Origin: Acaryochloris marina S15
GTDB taxonomy: Bacteria > Cyanobacteriota > Cyanobacteriia > Thermosynechococcales > Thermosynechococcaceae
Assembly (NCBI RefSeq): GCF_018336915.1
Contig: NZ_CP064923.1
Location: 5,310,001 to 5,342,000, forward strand
Direction of reading: 5' to 3'
DNA: 32,000 bases
The first letter of the stretch is position 1. The number at the start of each line of letters is the position of its first letter. Position numbers and translations under genes: made by a program. Positions 8,686-17,839 of the stretch are shown here, piece after piece. The notes beneath the pieces are model-generated. The model did not search any database. It worked only from the letters and a program-made list of their open reading frames with translations, and was not told where the DNA came from.

Positions 8686-10395
8686 ATGCAACGAAATCTA
8701 GAGGAATTATCCAACACTAAATTTGACGTCTTAGTCATAGGCGGCGGCATTTATGGGGCTTGTGTTGCCTATGAAGCAATCCTAAGAGGCTTATCCGTTG
8801 CTTTAGTCGAAAAACAAGATTTTTGTGGGGCGACCTCAGCTAATAGCCTAAAAACCATCCATGGTGGCCTGCGATATCTACAGCATGCTGACTTTAAGCG
8901 GATGCGAGAGTCTATTTATGAGCGGCGCACATTAATGAAAATTGCGCCTCACCTCGTGCATCCCCTGCCTGTGTTGGTGCCGACCTATGGGCATGGATTG
9001 AAAGGCATAGAAGCGATGACGGTGGCACTAAAAATTAATGATTGGGTGAGTTGCGATCGCAACCACGGATTGCCCGATCCTCAACAACATATCCCGGCTG
9101 GTCGAACAATATCTGCGACCGAATGCCTACAGACCATGCCAGGCATTTCCGCAGATGGCCTCACTGGGGGAGCTATTTTCCACGATGCTCAAGTGTTCAA
9201 TTCAGAGCGGTTAGTGCTTGCCTATTTACAGTCTGCGACTCAGCTCGGGTTACAAGCTGCCAACTATCTTAAAGTCACTGATTTTTTACAAGATGGAGAT
9301 ACCATCCTTGGCGCTCAAGTGACGGATGCTCTAACTCAAAACACCTTTGATATTCAAGCCAAAACAATCATTAATACCAGCGGGCCATGGATTAATGAAG
9401 TCCTGGGATTGCTAGATCAACCTCCTTCCTCTCATCAGCCCTTTGCATTAGCCATGAACCTAGTAACCCGATCGCTATTTGATCATGACTATGCCGTCGG
9501 TATCTATAGCAAGACTGACTACACAGATGAAGATGCCATTCTAAAGCGCAAGAACCGATTACTCTTTATCGCACCTTGGCAAGGGTGCTCTTTAGTGGGT
9601 ACAACCTATTCACACTACTCTGATACCCCCGATCATTTATCTATACCCCAGCATGAAATCCAACACTTTTTGGATGACATCAACCATGCCTATCCACTCG
9701 CCAATCTAACGGCTCAGGATGTTTATTGGGTGCATCAAGGTCTACTCCCCAGCAGCCACTCCCCAGCAACCACTCATGTCCAATTAACCAAGCATTACCA
9801 CATCCAAAATTATCAAGAAGAAGGCTTAAATGGCCTCATCTCCGTCACCGGAGTTAAATATACAACTGCTCGCAACGTCGCCATCCATGCAGTCGATACT
9901 GCAGCAGCGATGTTAAAGAGGCCAGTCCTTCCCTCTCAGTCTGCTCAGCAACCCTTACATGGCGGAGCGATCGACAACCTAGATGACTTTTTGGACCAAG
10001 GGCATAACCAACTCAGCCGTATCCCTGATCATCCGTCTGTCCAGAATTTTCTCTACAATTACGGCACAGCCTATTCATCAGTTCTCAAACAGGTACAGCA
10101 CGGGCAACGAGCAACGCCACGACTAGACCTTCTACAAGCACAAGTCACCTATGCAATTGAGGAAGAAATGGCGCAAACCCTCAGTGACGTTATTTTTAGA
10201 CGCACGGGTATCGGCGCTGCCCAAAAGCCTACCACTGCAGAGTTACAAACTTGTGCAGATATTATGTCAAATACACTGTTATGGAATCAGTCTAGAGTAG
10301 AACAAGAGATCTCAGAAGTGACATCTAGGTGGTCTTGGTCTACTCCTAAACCACCCTCTGTGGGGGAAAAAACAGCAACTATTCAGGGAAGATAG
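8686..10395 (+). CDS. FAD-dependent oxidoreductase of the glycerol-3-phosphate dehydrogenase/oxidase (GlpD/GlpO) family
   Basis: 569 aa. FDVLVIGGGIYGACVAYEAILRGLSVALVEKQDFCGATSANSLKTIHGGLRYL is the GlpD-type FAD fold and signature. The C-terminal TLSDVIFRRTGIG resembles the DAO_C domain. Confidence 0.8.
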   Translation: MQRNLEELSNTKFDVLVIGGGIYGACVAYEAILRGLSVALVEKQDFCGATSANSLKTIHGGLRYLQHADFKRMRESIYERRTLMKIAPHLVHPLPVLVPTYGHGLKGIEAMTVALKINDWVSCDRNHGLPDPQQHIPAGRTISATECLQTMPGISADGLTGGAIFHDAQVFNSERLVLAYLQSATQLGLQAANYLKVTDFLQDGDTILGAQVTDALTQNTFDIQAKTIINTSGPWINEVLGLLDQPPSSHQPFALAMNLVTRSLFDHDYAVGIYSKTDYTDEDAILKRKNRLLFIAPWQGCSLVGTTYSHYSDTPDHLSIPQHEIQHFLDDINHAYPLANLTAQDVYWVHQGLLPSSHSPATTHVQLTKHYHIQNYQEEGLNGLISVTGVKYTTARNVAIHAVDTAAAMLKRPVLPSQSAQQPLHGGAIDNLDDFLDQGHNQLSRIPDHPSVQNFLYNYGTAYSSVLKQVQHGQRATPRLDLLQAQVTYAIEEEMAQTLSDVIFRRTGIGAAQKPTTAELQTCADIMSNTLLWNQSRVEQEISEVTSRWSWSTPKPPSVGEKTATIQGR

Positions 10396-10397
10396 CT

Positions 10398-10937
10398 ATG
10401 CCTTCTCCCATTGCGCACTCAGCAACTGCATATTTCCTATACAAAATCACGCCCCAAAACAATCGCTCTATCCACTTAAACCGACATCGTTGGATTGATC
10501 TTGCCTACATCATTGTGATTGGAAACATCGCGGATTTAGACTTTATTCCTCATCTAATCTTAGAAGGCAGTTTTCATCGAGGTCCTTCCCATAGTCTCTG
10601 TATTGCCTTACTGATCAGTATAGGCTGTACCCTTATTTTCAAATGGCTCCATCAATCAACCTTCCAACGATTGTTTTTACTCACGTTTGGAATCTATATC
10701 TCCCATCTTTTTCTGGATTTCTGGACAGCCGGGGGCTCTGGGATGAAGTTACTTTGGCCGTTTACCAATGCTTTTATTAAATCGCCAATTGCTTTTTTTC
10801 CCAGTGTTAGGCATTCCGAAGGATTATTCTATCCAGGTCATATCGTCTTTATGACCTTTGAGACCATTTACAGTGTCGTCCTGTTGGTATTCATTAATCG
10901 ATATCAAAAATATAAACGACAGAATCAAAATACATAG
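10398..10937 (+). CDS. Membrane-bound metal-dependent hydrolase, DUF457/YdjM family
   Basis: 179 aa. The start lies 2 nt after the upstream stop. It has the SPIAHS, ADLDFIPH, HRGPSHSL and HLFLDFWT...LLWPF motifs and several hydrophobic helices. Confidence 0.7.
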   Translation: MPSPIAHSATAYFLYKITPQNNRSIHLNRHRWIDLAYIIVIGNIADLDFIPHLILEGSFHRGPSHSLCIALLISIGCTLIFKWLHQSTFQRLFLLTFGIYISHLFLDFWTAGGSGMKLLWPFTNAFIKSPIAFFPSVRHSEGLFYPGHIVFMTFETIYSVVLLVFINRYQKYKRQNQNT

Positions 10938-10972
10938 ACTCAAAAAAAATATTTAAACCCAGATAATACCTA

Positions 10973-11824
10973 GTGAATATGCACGACTCACAACCATCCC
11001 ATATTCTTGTCGACGCCCATGTGCACCTGCATCACTGTTTTTCCTTACAAACAGTGCTCGATTCAGCATTACAGAATTTCCAAGATAATGGCCAATACAT
11101 AACGACCGGCTTACAGCATCAACTTGGGGTTCTATTCATCAATGAGATAGGGCACCAGAATTCATTTGCACAATTACGGGCAGACATATCTAACAAGCAA
11201 GCGATCACCCTTGATGACTGGACCTTAAACATCACACCTGAACAGGAATCACTAGTCGCTCACCATTCCTCCAATCAGCAAATTCTGCTCATTGTAGGCC
11301 GTCAAATTGTTACCCACGAAAATATCGAAGTCTTATCACTATTCTCAAGTACAACCATCCCAGAACAGCAATCCTTAGAGAAAACACTGCTAAATGTGAG
11401 TATGGCAGGAGGGTTAGCCGTCCTGCCCTGGGGATTTGGTAAATGGTTTGGTAAACGAGGCAAACTCGTGAATCAAGCGATTCAAGCCAGAGATCAAACT
11501 GAGATATTGATAGGCGACAACGGCAATAGACCCAGTTTTTGGATTAATCCAGTTTATCTAAATAAAGCTAAAAAAAAGGGCATCAAGGTATTACCAGGGA
11601 CAGATCCCTTACCTTTAGCAACAGAAGTGCACCGTCCTGGGAGTTTCGGATTCTACACCCAAGGGATCATTCAGGCCAACCATCCTGCAGCTTCTCTCAA
11701 ACAAATACTGATCGATCCAAACACAAGCCTTCAACCCTATGGATCGCTGGAAACGCCATTTCGCTTCATTAATAATCAAATTCAATTTAGACTACAAAAG
11801 AAAAAACGCAACGCCGTTGAATAG
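10973..11824 (+). CDS. Hypothetical protein with an N-terminal HxH metal-hydrolase-like motif (amidohydrolase/PHP-type?)
   Basis: 283-aa ORF in operon context. ILVDAHVHLHH near the N-terminus and LPGTDPLP later are the only recognisable motifs. ATG at 10979 is an alternative start. Confidence 0.5.
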   Translation: MNMHDSQPSHILVDAHVHLHHCFSLQTVLDSALQNFQDNGQYITTGLQHQLGVLFINEIGHQNSFAQLRADISNKQAITLDDWTLNITPEQESLVAHHSSNQQILLIVGRQIVTHENIEVLSLFSSTTIPEQQSLEKTLLNVSMAGGLAVLPWGFGKWFGKRGKLVNQAIQARDQTEILIGDNGNRPSFWINPVYLNKAKKKGIKVLPGTDPLPLATEVHRPGSFGFYTQGIIQANHPAASLKQILIDPNTSLQPYGSLETPFRFINNQIQFRLQKKKRNAVE

Positions 11825-11914
11825 TGTGTTCGAGCCCAAAACTGGTTGGACCTGCAATCCCTGGAATTGCTGAACCAGATTCATTAGCTCAACCTCAAAT
11901 GACAACACGCTAGA

Positions 11915-12694
11915 TTGAAAATCAGCCCGAGAAAACATAACGCTCTTTTACTCATTAATCAGATGCAGCCGGAGAACAACTTTTTAGAAACAGCAGATAT
12001 AGAAACATCTTCCGATGACTATGCTTCTCGTTTTCAAGGGCCTACAGGGGAGTGGCTGCTCCACGTTCAAGAGCAAGCCACCCTGTCTATGCTGACTCAA
12101 TATCCCAACGCCAGCATTTTAGATGTGGGTGGAGGACATGGGCAGCTAACCAAAGCCCTAATCAATAAAGAGTTTTCACTCACCGTTTTGGGTAGTAGCC
12201 TGTCTTGCCAAAACCGTATCAAAACTTATATTGACGCTGGACAGTGTGAGTTCAAGATGGGCGATGTTTTAAGCTTGCCTTACCCAGACAACGCCTTTGA
12301 TATTGTGATTAGTTATCGGTTTCTAGCACATGTGAACCAGTGGCAAGCGTTCTTATCTGAGCTAGGGCGTGTTGCCAAAACAGCCGTGATCGTCGATTAC
12401 CCCACCACTCGCAGCATTAACTACTTATCACCGTTATTATTCAAATTCAAAAAAGGCGTAGAGGGCAATACGCGAAAATTCATCTGTTACCAAGAGAAAG
12501 AGCTATTAGACTTTTGCAGCAGCATTGGGTTAGAGAAGGACAATCGTCATCCACAATTTTTTTGGCCAATGGTTCTCCATCGAATGATGAAGCAACCCAA
12601 AGTCTCAGAACTCCTGGAGAATCCAGTGAAGAAGCTCGGTTTAACATACGTATGGGGCTCTCCAGTAATTACAAAATTCCAGAAAGTTCACTAA
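11915..12694 (+). CDS. Class I SAM-dependent methyltransferase
   Basis: Motif I ILDVGGGHGQL, followed by PYPDNAFDIVISYRFLAHV (Methyltransf_11-like). The track start is TTG. ATG at 11963 (MQPENN) is a plausible alternative. Confidence 0.8.
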   Translation: MKISPRKHNALLLINQMQPENNFLETADIETSSDDYASRFQGPTGEWLLHVQEQATLSMLTQYPNASILDVGGGHGQLTKALINKEFSLTVLGSSLSCQNRIKTYIDAGQCEFKMGDVLSLPYPDNAFDIVISYRFLAHVNQWQAFLSELGRVAKTAVIVDYPTTRSINYLSPLLFKFKKGVEGNTRKFICYQEKELLDFCSSIGLEKDNRHPQFFWPMVLHRMMKQPKVSELLENPVKKLGLTYVWGSPVITKFQKVH

Positions 12695-12751
12695 TCTATT
12701 CATTACTCGAATCCATCATTCATCTAACCATCAACATCCATTAAATACCGT

Positions 12752-13786
12752 ATGTCTTCAATAATGGCTCACGAGAACACAATCAGCCCTGGTCAACGTG
12801 TTTTAGTGACTGGTGCAACTGGCTATACAGGCAGCACCTTAGTCCAAAAACTGCTGACCCAGAATGTAGAGGTTGTGGCGATAGCCCGCCAATCATCTGA
12901 TCTAAGCCGTTGGCAAGATGCACCCATTCAATGGATTAAGGGAGATGTTTTTGATCCACGGCTTATTCAACAGGCGATGGAAGGAGTGAACTATATATTT
13001 CATATGGTCACCCCGTTTCGGGAAGCAAAGTCGTCTGATGATGTTTATTACAATGTTCATGTTAAAAGTACACAGCTACTAGCGAAGGCAGCCTTAAACC
13101 AACCCGACTTCAAGCGCTTTGTCCATATATCGACGATAGGTGTCCATGGACATATCGAAAATCCTCCTGCTGATGAGAACTATAGAACTTCTCCTGGAGA
13201 TTTATACCAATCCACCAAATTAGAAGGCGAAATATGGATCAAGCAATTTGGTGCTGAAACTGGACTACCCGTAACCATCATCAGACCGGCAGGCATTATT
13301 GGGCCTGGTGAAAAACGGCTGTTAAAAATATACAAGATGGTTTGTTCTGGCTTGGTACCAGCCATTGGTAATGGGAGTAATCTTCTGCATTTAATTCACG
13401 TCGATGATTTGACCAACTGTTTTCTGCTGGCCTCTCAACATCCGAATGCAGTGGATGAAGTCTTCATTTGTGGAAATCAAGAATCGATTTCTTTCAAAGA
13501 AATGGTCAATTTGATCTCCGCGTGTTATCAGAAAAAAGCCACTCTTCTACCACTCCCAGCTGCGCCCTTATTCCTATTGGGAGACATGCTTGAGTTTATT
13601 TGTAAGCCTCTAAATATTGAGCCTCCCATTTACCGTAGAAGACTTGCCTTTTACACCAAAGATCGTGCATTCAATGTTAACAAGCTTAAATCGAAACTAG
13701 GTTTTGTGCCGCGACATTCCAATGAGCAGTGTGTTGCTGAACTAGCACAATGGTATTTACAAGAAGGGTGGACAACAGTTAGCTAA
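12752..13786 (+). CDS. NAD-dependent epimerase/dehydratase (extended SDR)
   Basis: VLVTGATGYTGSTLVQKLL (TGxxGxxG) and a catalytic YQSTK (YxxxK). 344 aa. Confidence 0.85.
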   Translation: MSSIMAHENTISPGQRVLVTGATGYTGSTLVQKLLTQNVEVVAIARQSSDLSRWQDAPIQWIKGDVFDPRLIQQAMEGVNYIFHMVTPFREAKSSDDVYYNVHVKSTQLLAKAALNQPDFKRFVHISTIGVHGHIENPPADENYRTSPGDLYQSTKLEGEIWIKQFGAETGLPVTIIRPAGIIGPGEKRLLKIYKMVCSGLVPAIGNGSNLLHLIHVDDLTNCFLLASQHPNAVDEVFICGNQESISFKEMVNLISACYQKKATLLPLPAAPLFLLGDMLEFICKPLNIEPPIYRRRLAFYTKDRAFNVNKLKSKLGFVPRHSNEQCVAELAQWYLQEGWTTVS

Positions 13787-13877
13787 ATTCATATCAATAG
13801 AAAAAGATTATAGCCAATATTACTCAAATATAATCCTCAGGAATCAGTTCAATAAACGTAAAACAATATATTTTTTA

Positions 13878-15734
13878 GTGATGCTAGATGCTGATATAAA
13901 GTCTCAACTAAGAGAAGCTCAGACTCAAACTGATATTTCTATAATATTGAGGAATATTCACTCCACAGACTTGTCAAGCTCAGATTACTTTTTTATTAGT
14001 AGAGTACTGAACAAAAAACATTCTGAATCTTGTTTAAAAATCGCCTACTTTTCGAATTACACGATTGTTCCTCTGCCTTCTTTTATTGAAGTACAGAGCG
14101 CTTTTCATAATATTGAAGTTAGGAGCTATATAGGAGAGTACAATCAGCACTATCAGGAAATACTAAATCCCAATTCATCAGCTTTAAGCTTCAGCCCTGA
14201 TATCGCTTTCTTACTCTTATCTCTACATGAGCTATGCCCTTCTATCCTGTACAGTTTTACAAGCCTTACTAATCAGCAAAAACTAGATCAAAAAAACATT
14301 ATTCTGGAGCATATCTTTAACTGGGTCAATCTCACTATAGACAAAACGAGTGCTACAGTTTTTGTCAGTGACTTCTTACAACCCACTTTTCCATCTCTTG
14401 GAATCGCGGATAGCCAGCAAAGTTATAGCGAACATGAATTCTATATTGAGCTAAATCTAGCCTTAAAAAAAGAATTTAGAGAAAATCCTAGAGTCTATGT
14501 TATTGATATAGATAAGTTAGCTTCCAGATATGGAAAAGAAGATGCTGTAAACTCCAAAATGTTTTTTATGGCCAAAGTTCTTTGGCATGAAAAATTTTTA
14601 CCCACAATTGCTCAAGAGATCATTCGATATCTCACCAGTTATTTGGGTCGAACTAAAAAATGTTTAGTTTTAGATCTTGACAACACATTATGGGGTGGAG
14701 TGGTTGGTGAGGAGGGAATAGAAGGCGTAAAGATTGGCAATGGCGATCCTATTAGCGAAGCCTATCTTGCTTTTCAATATAAAATTTCTGCTTTGAAAAA
14801 CCGAGGCATAATTCTTGGTATATGCAGTAAAAACAATCAAGCAGATGCTTTAGAAGTCTTTGACAAAAAAGTCGAAATGCCACTAAACATTCAAGACTTT
14901 TCAGCAATCGAAATCAACTGGGAACCCAAATATATCAATATCAAGAACATCGCTCAGAAGTTAAATATTGGAACTGACAGCATCGTCTTTATTGACGATA
15001 ATCCTGTAGAGTGTAGTCTTGTTTCTCAAGCACTTCCTGAAGTAACAACTGTCCAATTACCGAAAGACCCAGCTCTTTACGCTGATGTCCTCGACAAAAT
15101 TCTTGTATTTGAAAAGTTTAATATCCTAAGCGATGATCTCAACAAAGTACAGCAGTATTCGCAAAATGAACAGCGTAAAGAAGAGAAAGAACGAATCGGA
15201 GATCTCAACTCTTATCTACATAGCTTAGAGACGAAAGTTAAAATCTGCTTAGCTGCCGATCAAGATTTACCAAGGGTTCACCAACTCTTTTCTAAAACGA
15301 ATCAATTCAACCTAACCACTATTCGTTACTCGATGTCCAACATTGAGGAATTTCATAAGAATGAGCATGATTCGATTATAATTACCTCTGTTCAAGATAA
15401 ATTTGGCGATTTGGGCACTGTAGGATTATGCTTACTCAAAAACCAAGAGCATCAACTCCTGATTGACAGCTTTATACTGAGTTGTCGGGCGATGGGACGC
15501 GGCATTGAGACAGCATTGCTCAACTACATCAAGCGAGAATATCTTTTAGGTGACCGGTCGCTAAAGCTCATAGGGTCTTACATTCCCACAAAAAAGAACA
15601 TTCCGACTAGAGACTTTTTAGAATCGCAAGGATTTGTTCTAGTATCAAAAGGTACTCAGGGAGAAAAATATTATGAGGTGCACTCCGATGATGCATTAGA
15701 AGTCTCTTGTCCCTGGATTAACATTATTGATTAG
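13878..15734 (+). CDS. FkbH-like / HAD-superfamily subfamily IIIC protein (candidate glyceryl-ACP loader)
   Basis: 618 aa. HAD motif I is LVLDLDNTLWGGVVGEEGIEGVKIG, followed by GIILGICSKNNQADALEVF and FIDDNPVECSLV. The C-terminal GNAT-like part is FGDLGTVGLCLL...IDSFILSCRAMGRGIETALLNYI. The ~250-aa N-terminal extension is unassigned. Confidence 0.8.
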   Translation: MMLDADIKSQLREAQTQTDISIILRNIHSTDLSSSDYFFISRVLNKKHSESCLKIAYFSNYTIVPLPSFIEVQSAFHNIEVRSYIGEYNQHYQEILNPNSSALSFSPDIAFLLLSLHELCPSILYSFTSLTNQQKLDQKNIILEHIFNWVNLTIDKTSATVFVSDFLQPTFPSLGIADSQQSYSEHEFYIELNLALKKEFRENPRVYVIDIDKLASRYGKEDAVNSKMFFMAKVLWHEKFLPTIAQEIIRYLTSYLGRTKKCLVLDLDNTLWGGVVGEEGIEGVKIGNGDPISEAYLAFQYKISALKNRGIILGICSKNNQADALEVFDKKVEMPLNIQDFSAIEINWEPKYINIKNIAQKLNIGTDSIVFIDDNPVECSLVSQALPEVTTVQLPKDPALYADVLDKILVFEKFNILSDDLNKVQQYSQNEQRKEEKERIGDLNSYLHSLETKVKICLAADQDLPRVHQLFSKTNQFNLTTIRYSMSNIEEFHKNEHDSIIITSVQDKFGDLGTVGLCLLKNQEHQLLIDSFILSCRAMGRGIETALLNYIKREYLLGDRSLKLIGSYIPTKKNIPTRDFLESQGFVLVSKGTQGEKYYEVHSDDALEVSCPWINIID

Positions 15735-15746
15735 GATAAATAAGTT

Positions 15747-15986
15747 ATGGCTAAAAGTGGTGTCCAAGAAAGAGTTAAACTGGTTTTTTCTGACGTTCTA
15801 GACATCGATCTGCAAACAATTTCAGATGATCTTGGCCCTGACAACTGTGATAGCTGGGATTCTATGAATAATCTACGGCTCATTACAGCTTTAGAAGAAG
15901 AGTTCAGTATTAATTTCTCAATGGAAGAGATCTCTTCAATGGTTGATATTAGCCGTGCAATTGAGCTAATTGAAAGCAAAAGCTAG
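15747..15986 (+). CDS. Acyl carrier protein
   Basis: 79 aa and acidic. Starts 13 nt after the FkbH-like stop. CDSWDSMNNLRLITALEEEF matches the DS(W/L)xS...L..ALEEEF phosphopantetheine-attachment helix of stand-alone ACPs in polysaccharide loci. Confidence 0.75.
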   Translation: MAKSGVQERVKLVFSDVLDIDLQTISDDLGPDNCDSWDSMNNLRLITALEEEFSINFSMEEISSMVDISRAIELIESKS

Positions 15987-16022
15987 ATAGCGCTTATTCA
16001 ATCCTCAGATTTGACCTAATAT

Positions 16023-16574
16023 GTGATTTTCAAGGACTATGCTGTAATGGATGCTGGTAAAATTGTCCGTAGGTTTTTAGTTCCATCACCTGCAATTACC
16101 CTATATTATCTAATAAAGTTTGGGGCTAAAATCAGTCCTAAAGCTGAGGTTGAACTCAGTTCATTTTTCACAATTGGTCGCCAATCTGTTATCAGTTCAT
16201 TTACTAAGATTAAGGCATCTGAAGGGCCACTAAAAATTGGTTCACATGTTTCTATTTCAACGGGATGCTTTATCAGTTCCCATACGGGTGGACTTGAAAT
16301 TGGTGATTACTGCTTAGTGGGTCCAAATGTAACAATAGTAGGCAATAATTATAACTATAGTAAAATTGATGTTCCCTTAGAACAACAAGGAATTATATCT
16401 AAAGGAATTAGGATTGGTAGCAATGTTTGGCTAGGTGCGGGTGTATGCGTTCTCGATGGAGTCACAGTCGGAGATAATTGTATTATCACCCCTAATTCAG
16501 TTATCTCGTCAAATATTCCTTCCGGTGCGATCGCAAGTGGGCAACCAGCTAAAGTTATTTTTAAACGTAGGTAG
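16023..16574 (+). CDS. Left-handed beta-helix (hexapeptide-repeat) acyl/acetyltransferase
   Basis: Hexapeptide repeats IGDYCLVGPNVTIVG...IGSNVWLGAGVCVLDGVTVGDNCIITPNSVISSNIPSGAIASGQPAKVI. The track start is GTG; ATG at 16047 is an alternative. Confidence 0.8.
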   Translation: MIFKDYAVMDAGKIVRRFLVPSPAITLYYLIKFGAKISPKAEVELSSFFTIGRQSVISSFTKIKASEGPLKIGSHVSISTGCFISSHTGGLEIGDYCLVGPNVTIVGNNYNYSKIDVPLEQQGIISKGIRIGSNVWLGAGVCVLDGVTVGDNCIITPNSVISSNIPSGAIASGQPAKVIFKRR

Positions 16575-16767
16575 TGCGCTACAGAGAAATTGCGGTTCGG
16601 CAATATCAAATTCATTTCTATCATCACTCTTTTCTGCGATCTAGACTCATTCTATTAGTTCCAATATCAGTTGCAATAGGCTAGGTAATTTACCCAAAAA
16701 ATCTATTATTAGATTCACGAAATATGAAGAATTTATATCAAGTTTCTTTATCCTCTAAGTTATTAGT

Positions 16768-17766
16768 ATGTACTCATCTAGCATAAGAAATACTAATCCT
16801 ATTTTCATCTTCGGATCGGCACGATCAGGAACTTCTTTATTGAGTCGAATCATTAATTCTCACCCTAGAATTTCAGTTCCATTTGAATCTCATTTATACG
16901 ACACTTTTTATCCCTGGCTGAAGTATTACGGCGATTTAAATCTCTCTAAAAATAGAGAACGCTTAGTCGATGATATTTTAAGTATTGAATGCATGAGAGA
17001 TTGGAGTCCTAGACCTGGTCGAGAATGTGTTTTAGCAGCAGTCTCACAGAATAATTTTGCTGGTATCGTAGATGGATTAATCCGGTCATGGTCTATCAGC
17101 CAGGGGAAAAAAAGATGGGGAGAAAAAACACCAGCGCATGCCTTTTTTTGGCGTGAGATCTTAAATGATTTTCCTAATTGCAAGGTTATTCACATCGTGC
17201 GTGATGGCCGCGACTCATCCTTGTCTTTAAAAAATGCTCGTTTTGGCCCCAAACATTATTATCATTTAGCAAAAGTATGGGTGAAATATTTACAGGTTAT
17301 TGAAAGCTTAAAATCCAAGATAAATAGTAGCTCTTTTTATGAGATACGCTACGAAGATTTGTTGTCTAATACCAATGCTAAATCTAGAGAGATATGTGAT
17401 TTTCTTGAGGAAGATTTTTCTGAAGAAATGCTCAGTTTCTATAACAATAATAATCCATATCCAACTGACAAAGATAATCTCAAAAACCTAGCGAAACCTA
17501 TCATATCTAGCAATTCCAATAAATGGAAGAGTAGTATGTCTCCTAGAGATATAAGAATATTTGAGTCAGTCGCTGGTCCTTATTTAGAGGCATATGGTTA
17601 TGAAACAGTAATGAGTCATCCTACAATCTCTTCTATAGAAGAGTGGTTAATTAAGTATTTTGAGCATCCTCCCAAAAAGATTTTATCTATGATCAAGAAT
17701 AGGAAAGGTCATATTGATGGTTTGCGTAGGTTAGCTATTTATACTCGTCTTGTTATTACTCAATAG
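16768..17766 (+). CDS. PAPS-dependent sulfotransferase
   Basis: 5'-PSB loop FIFGSARSGTSLLSRI and 3'-PB motif IHIVRDGRDSSLS. 332 aa. Confidence 0.8.
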   Translation: MYSSSIRNTNPIFIFGSARSGTSLLSRIINSHPRISVPFESHLYDTFYPWLKYYGDLNLSKNRERLVDDILSIECMRDWSPRPGRECVLAAVSQNNFAGIVDGLIRSWSISQGKKRWGEKTPAHAFFWREILNDFPNCKVIHIVRDGRDSSLSLKNARFGPKHYYHLAKVWVKYLQVIESLKSKINSSSFYEIRYEDLLSNTNAKSREICDFLEEDFSEEMLSFYNNNNPYPTDKDNLKNLAKPIISSNSNKWKSSMSPRDIRIFESVAGPYLEAYGYETVMSHPTISSIEEWLIKYFEHPPKKILSMIKNRKGHIDGLRRLAIYTRLVITQ

Positions 17767-17839
17767 TGTTATGCCCGTCATATATTACTGTTGTGTTTTT
17801 GAAACATTGAGATTTAAAAATATATACTGAATAACAAGA

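Noticed and set aside
9042-9272. 76-aa alternative-frame ORF within the GlpD-like gene, together with similar internal ORFs at 6625..6894, 8283..8486, 12514..12744, 13180..13365, 16355..16644, 16926..17183, 18832..19047 and 19873..20268
   Set aside because: All are nested in, or antisense to, longer ORFs with clear family motifs.
15731-15979. 82-aa minus-strand ORF covering the ACP gene
   Set aside because: The plus-strand frame encodes a canonical ACP helix II with the DSxxS attachment motif and is positioned for coupling to the FkbH-like gene. The antisense ORF is Ser/Ile-rich with no features.
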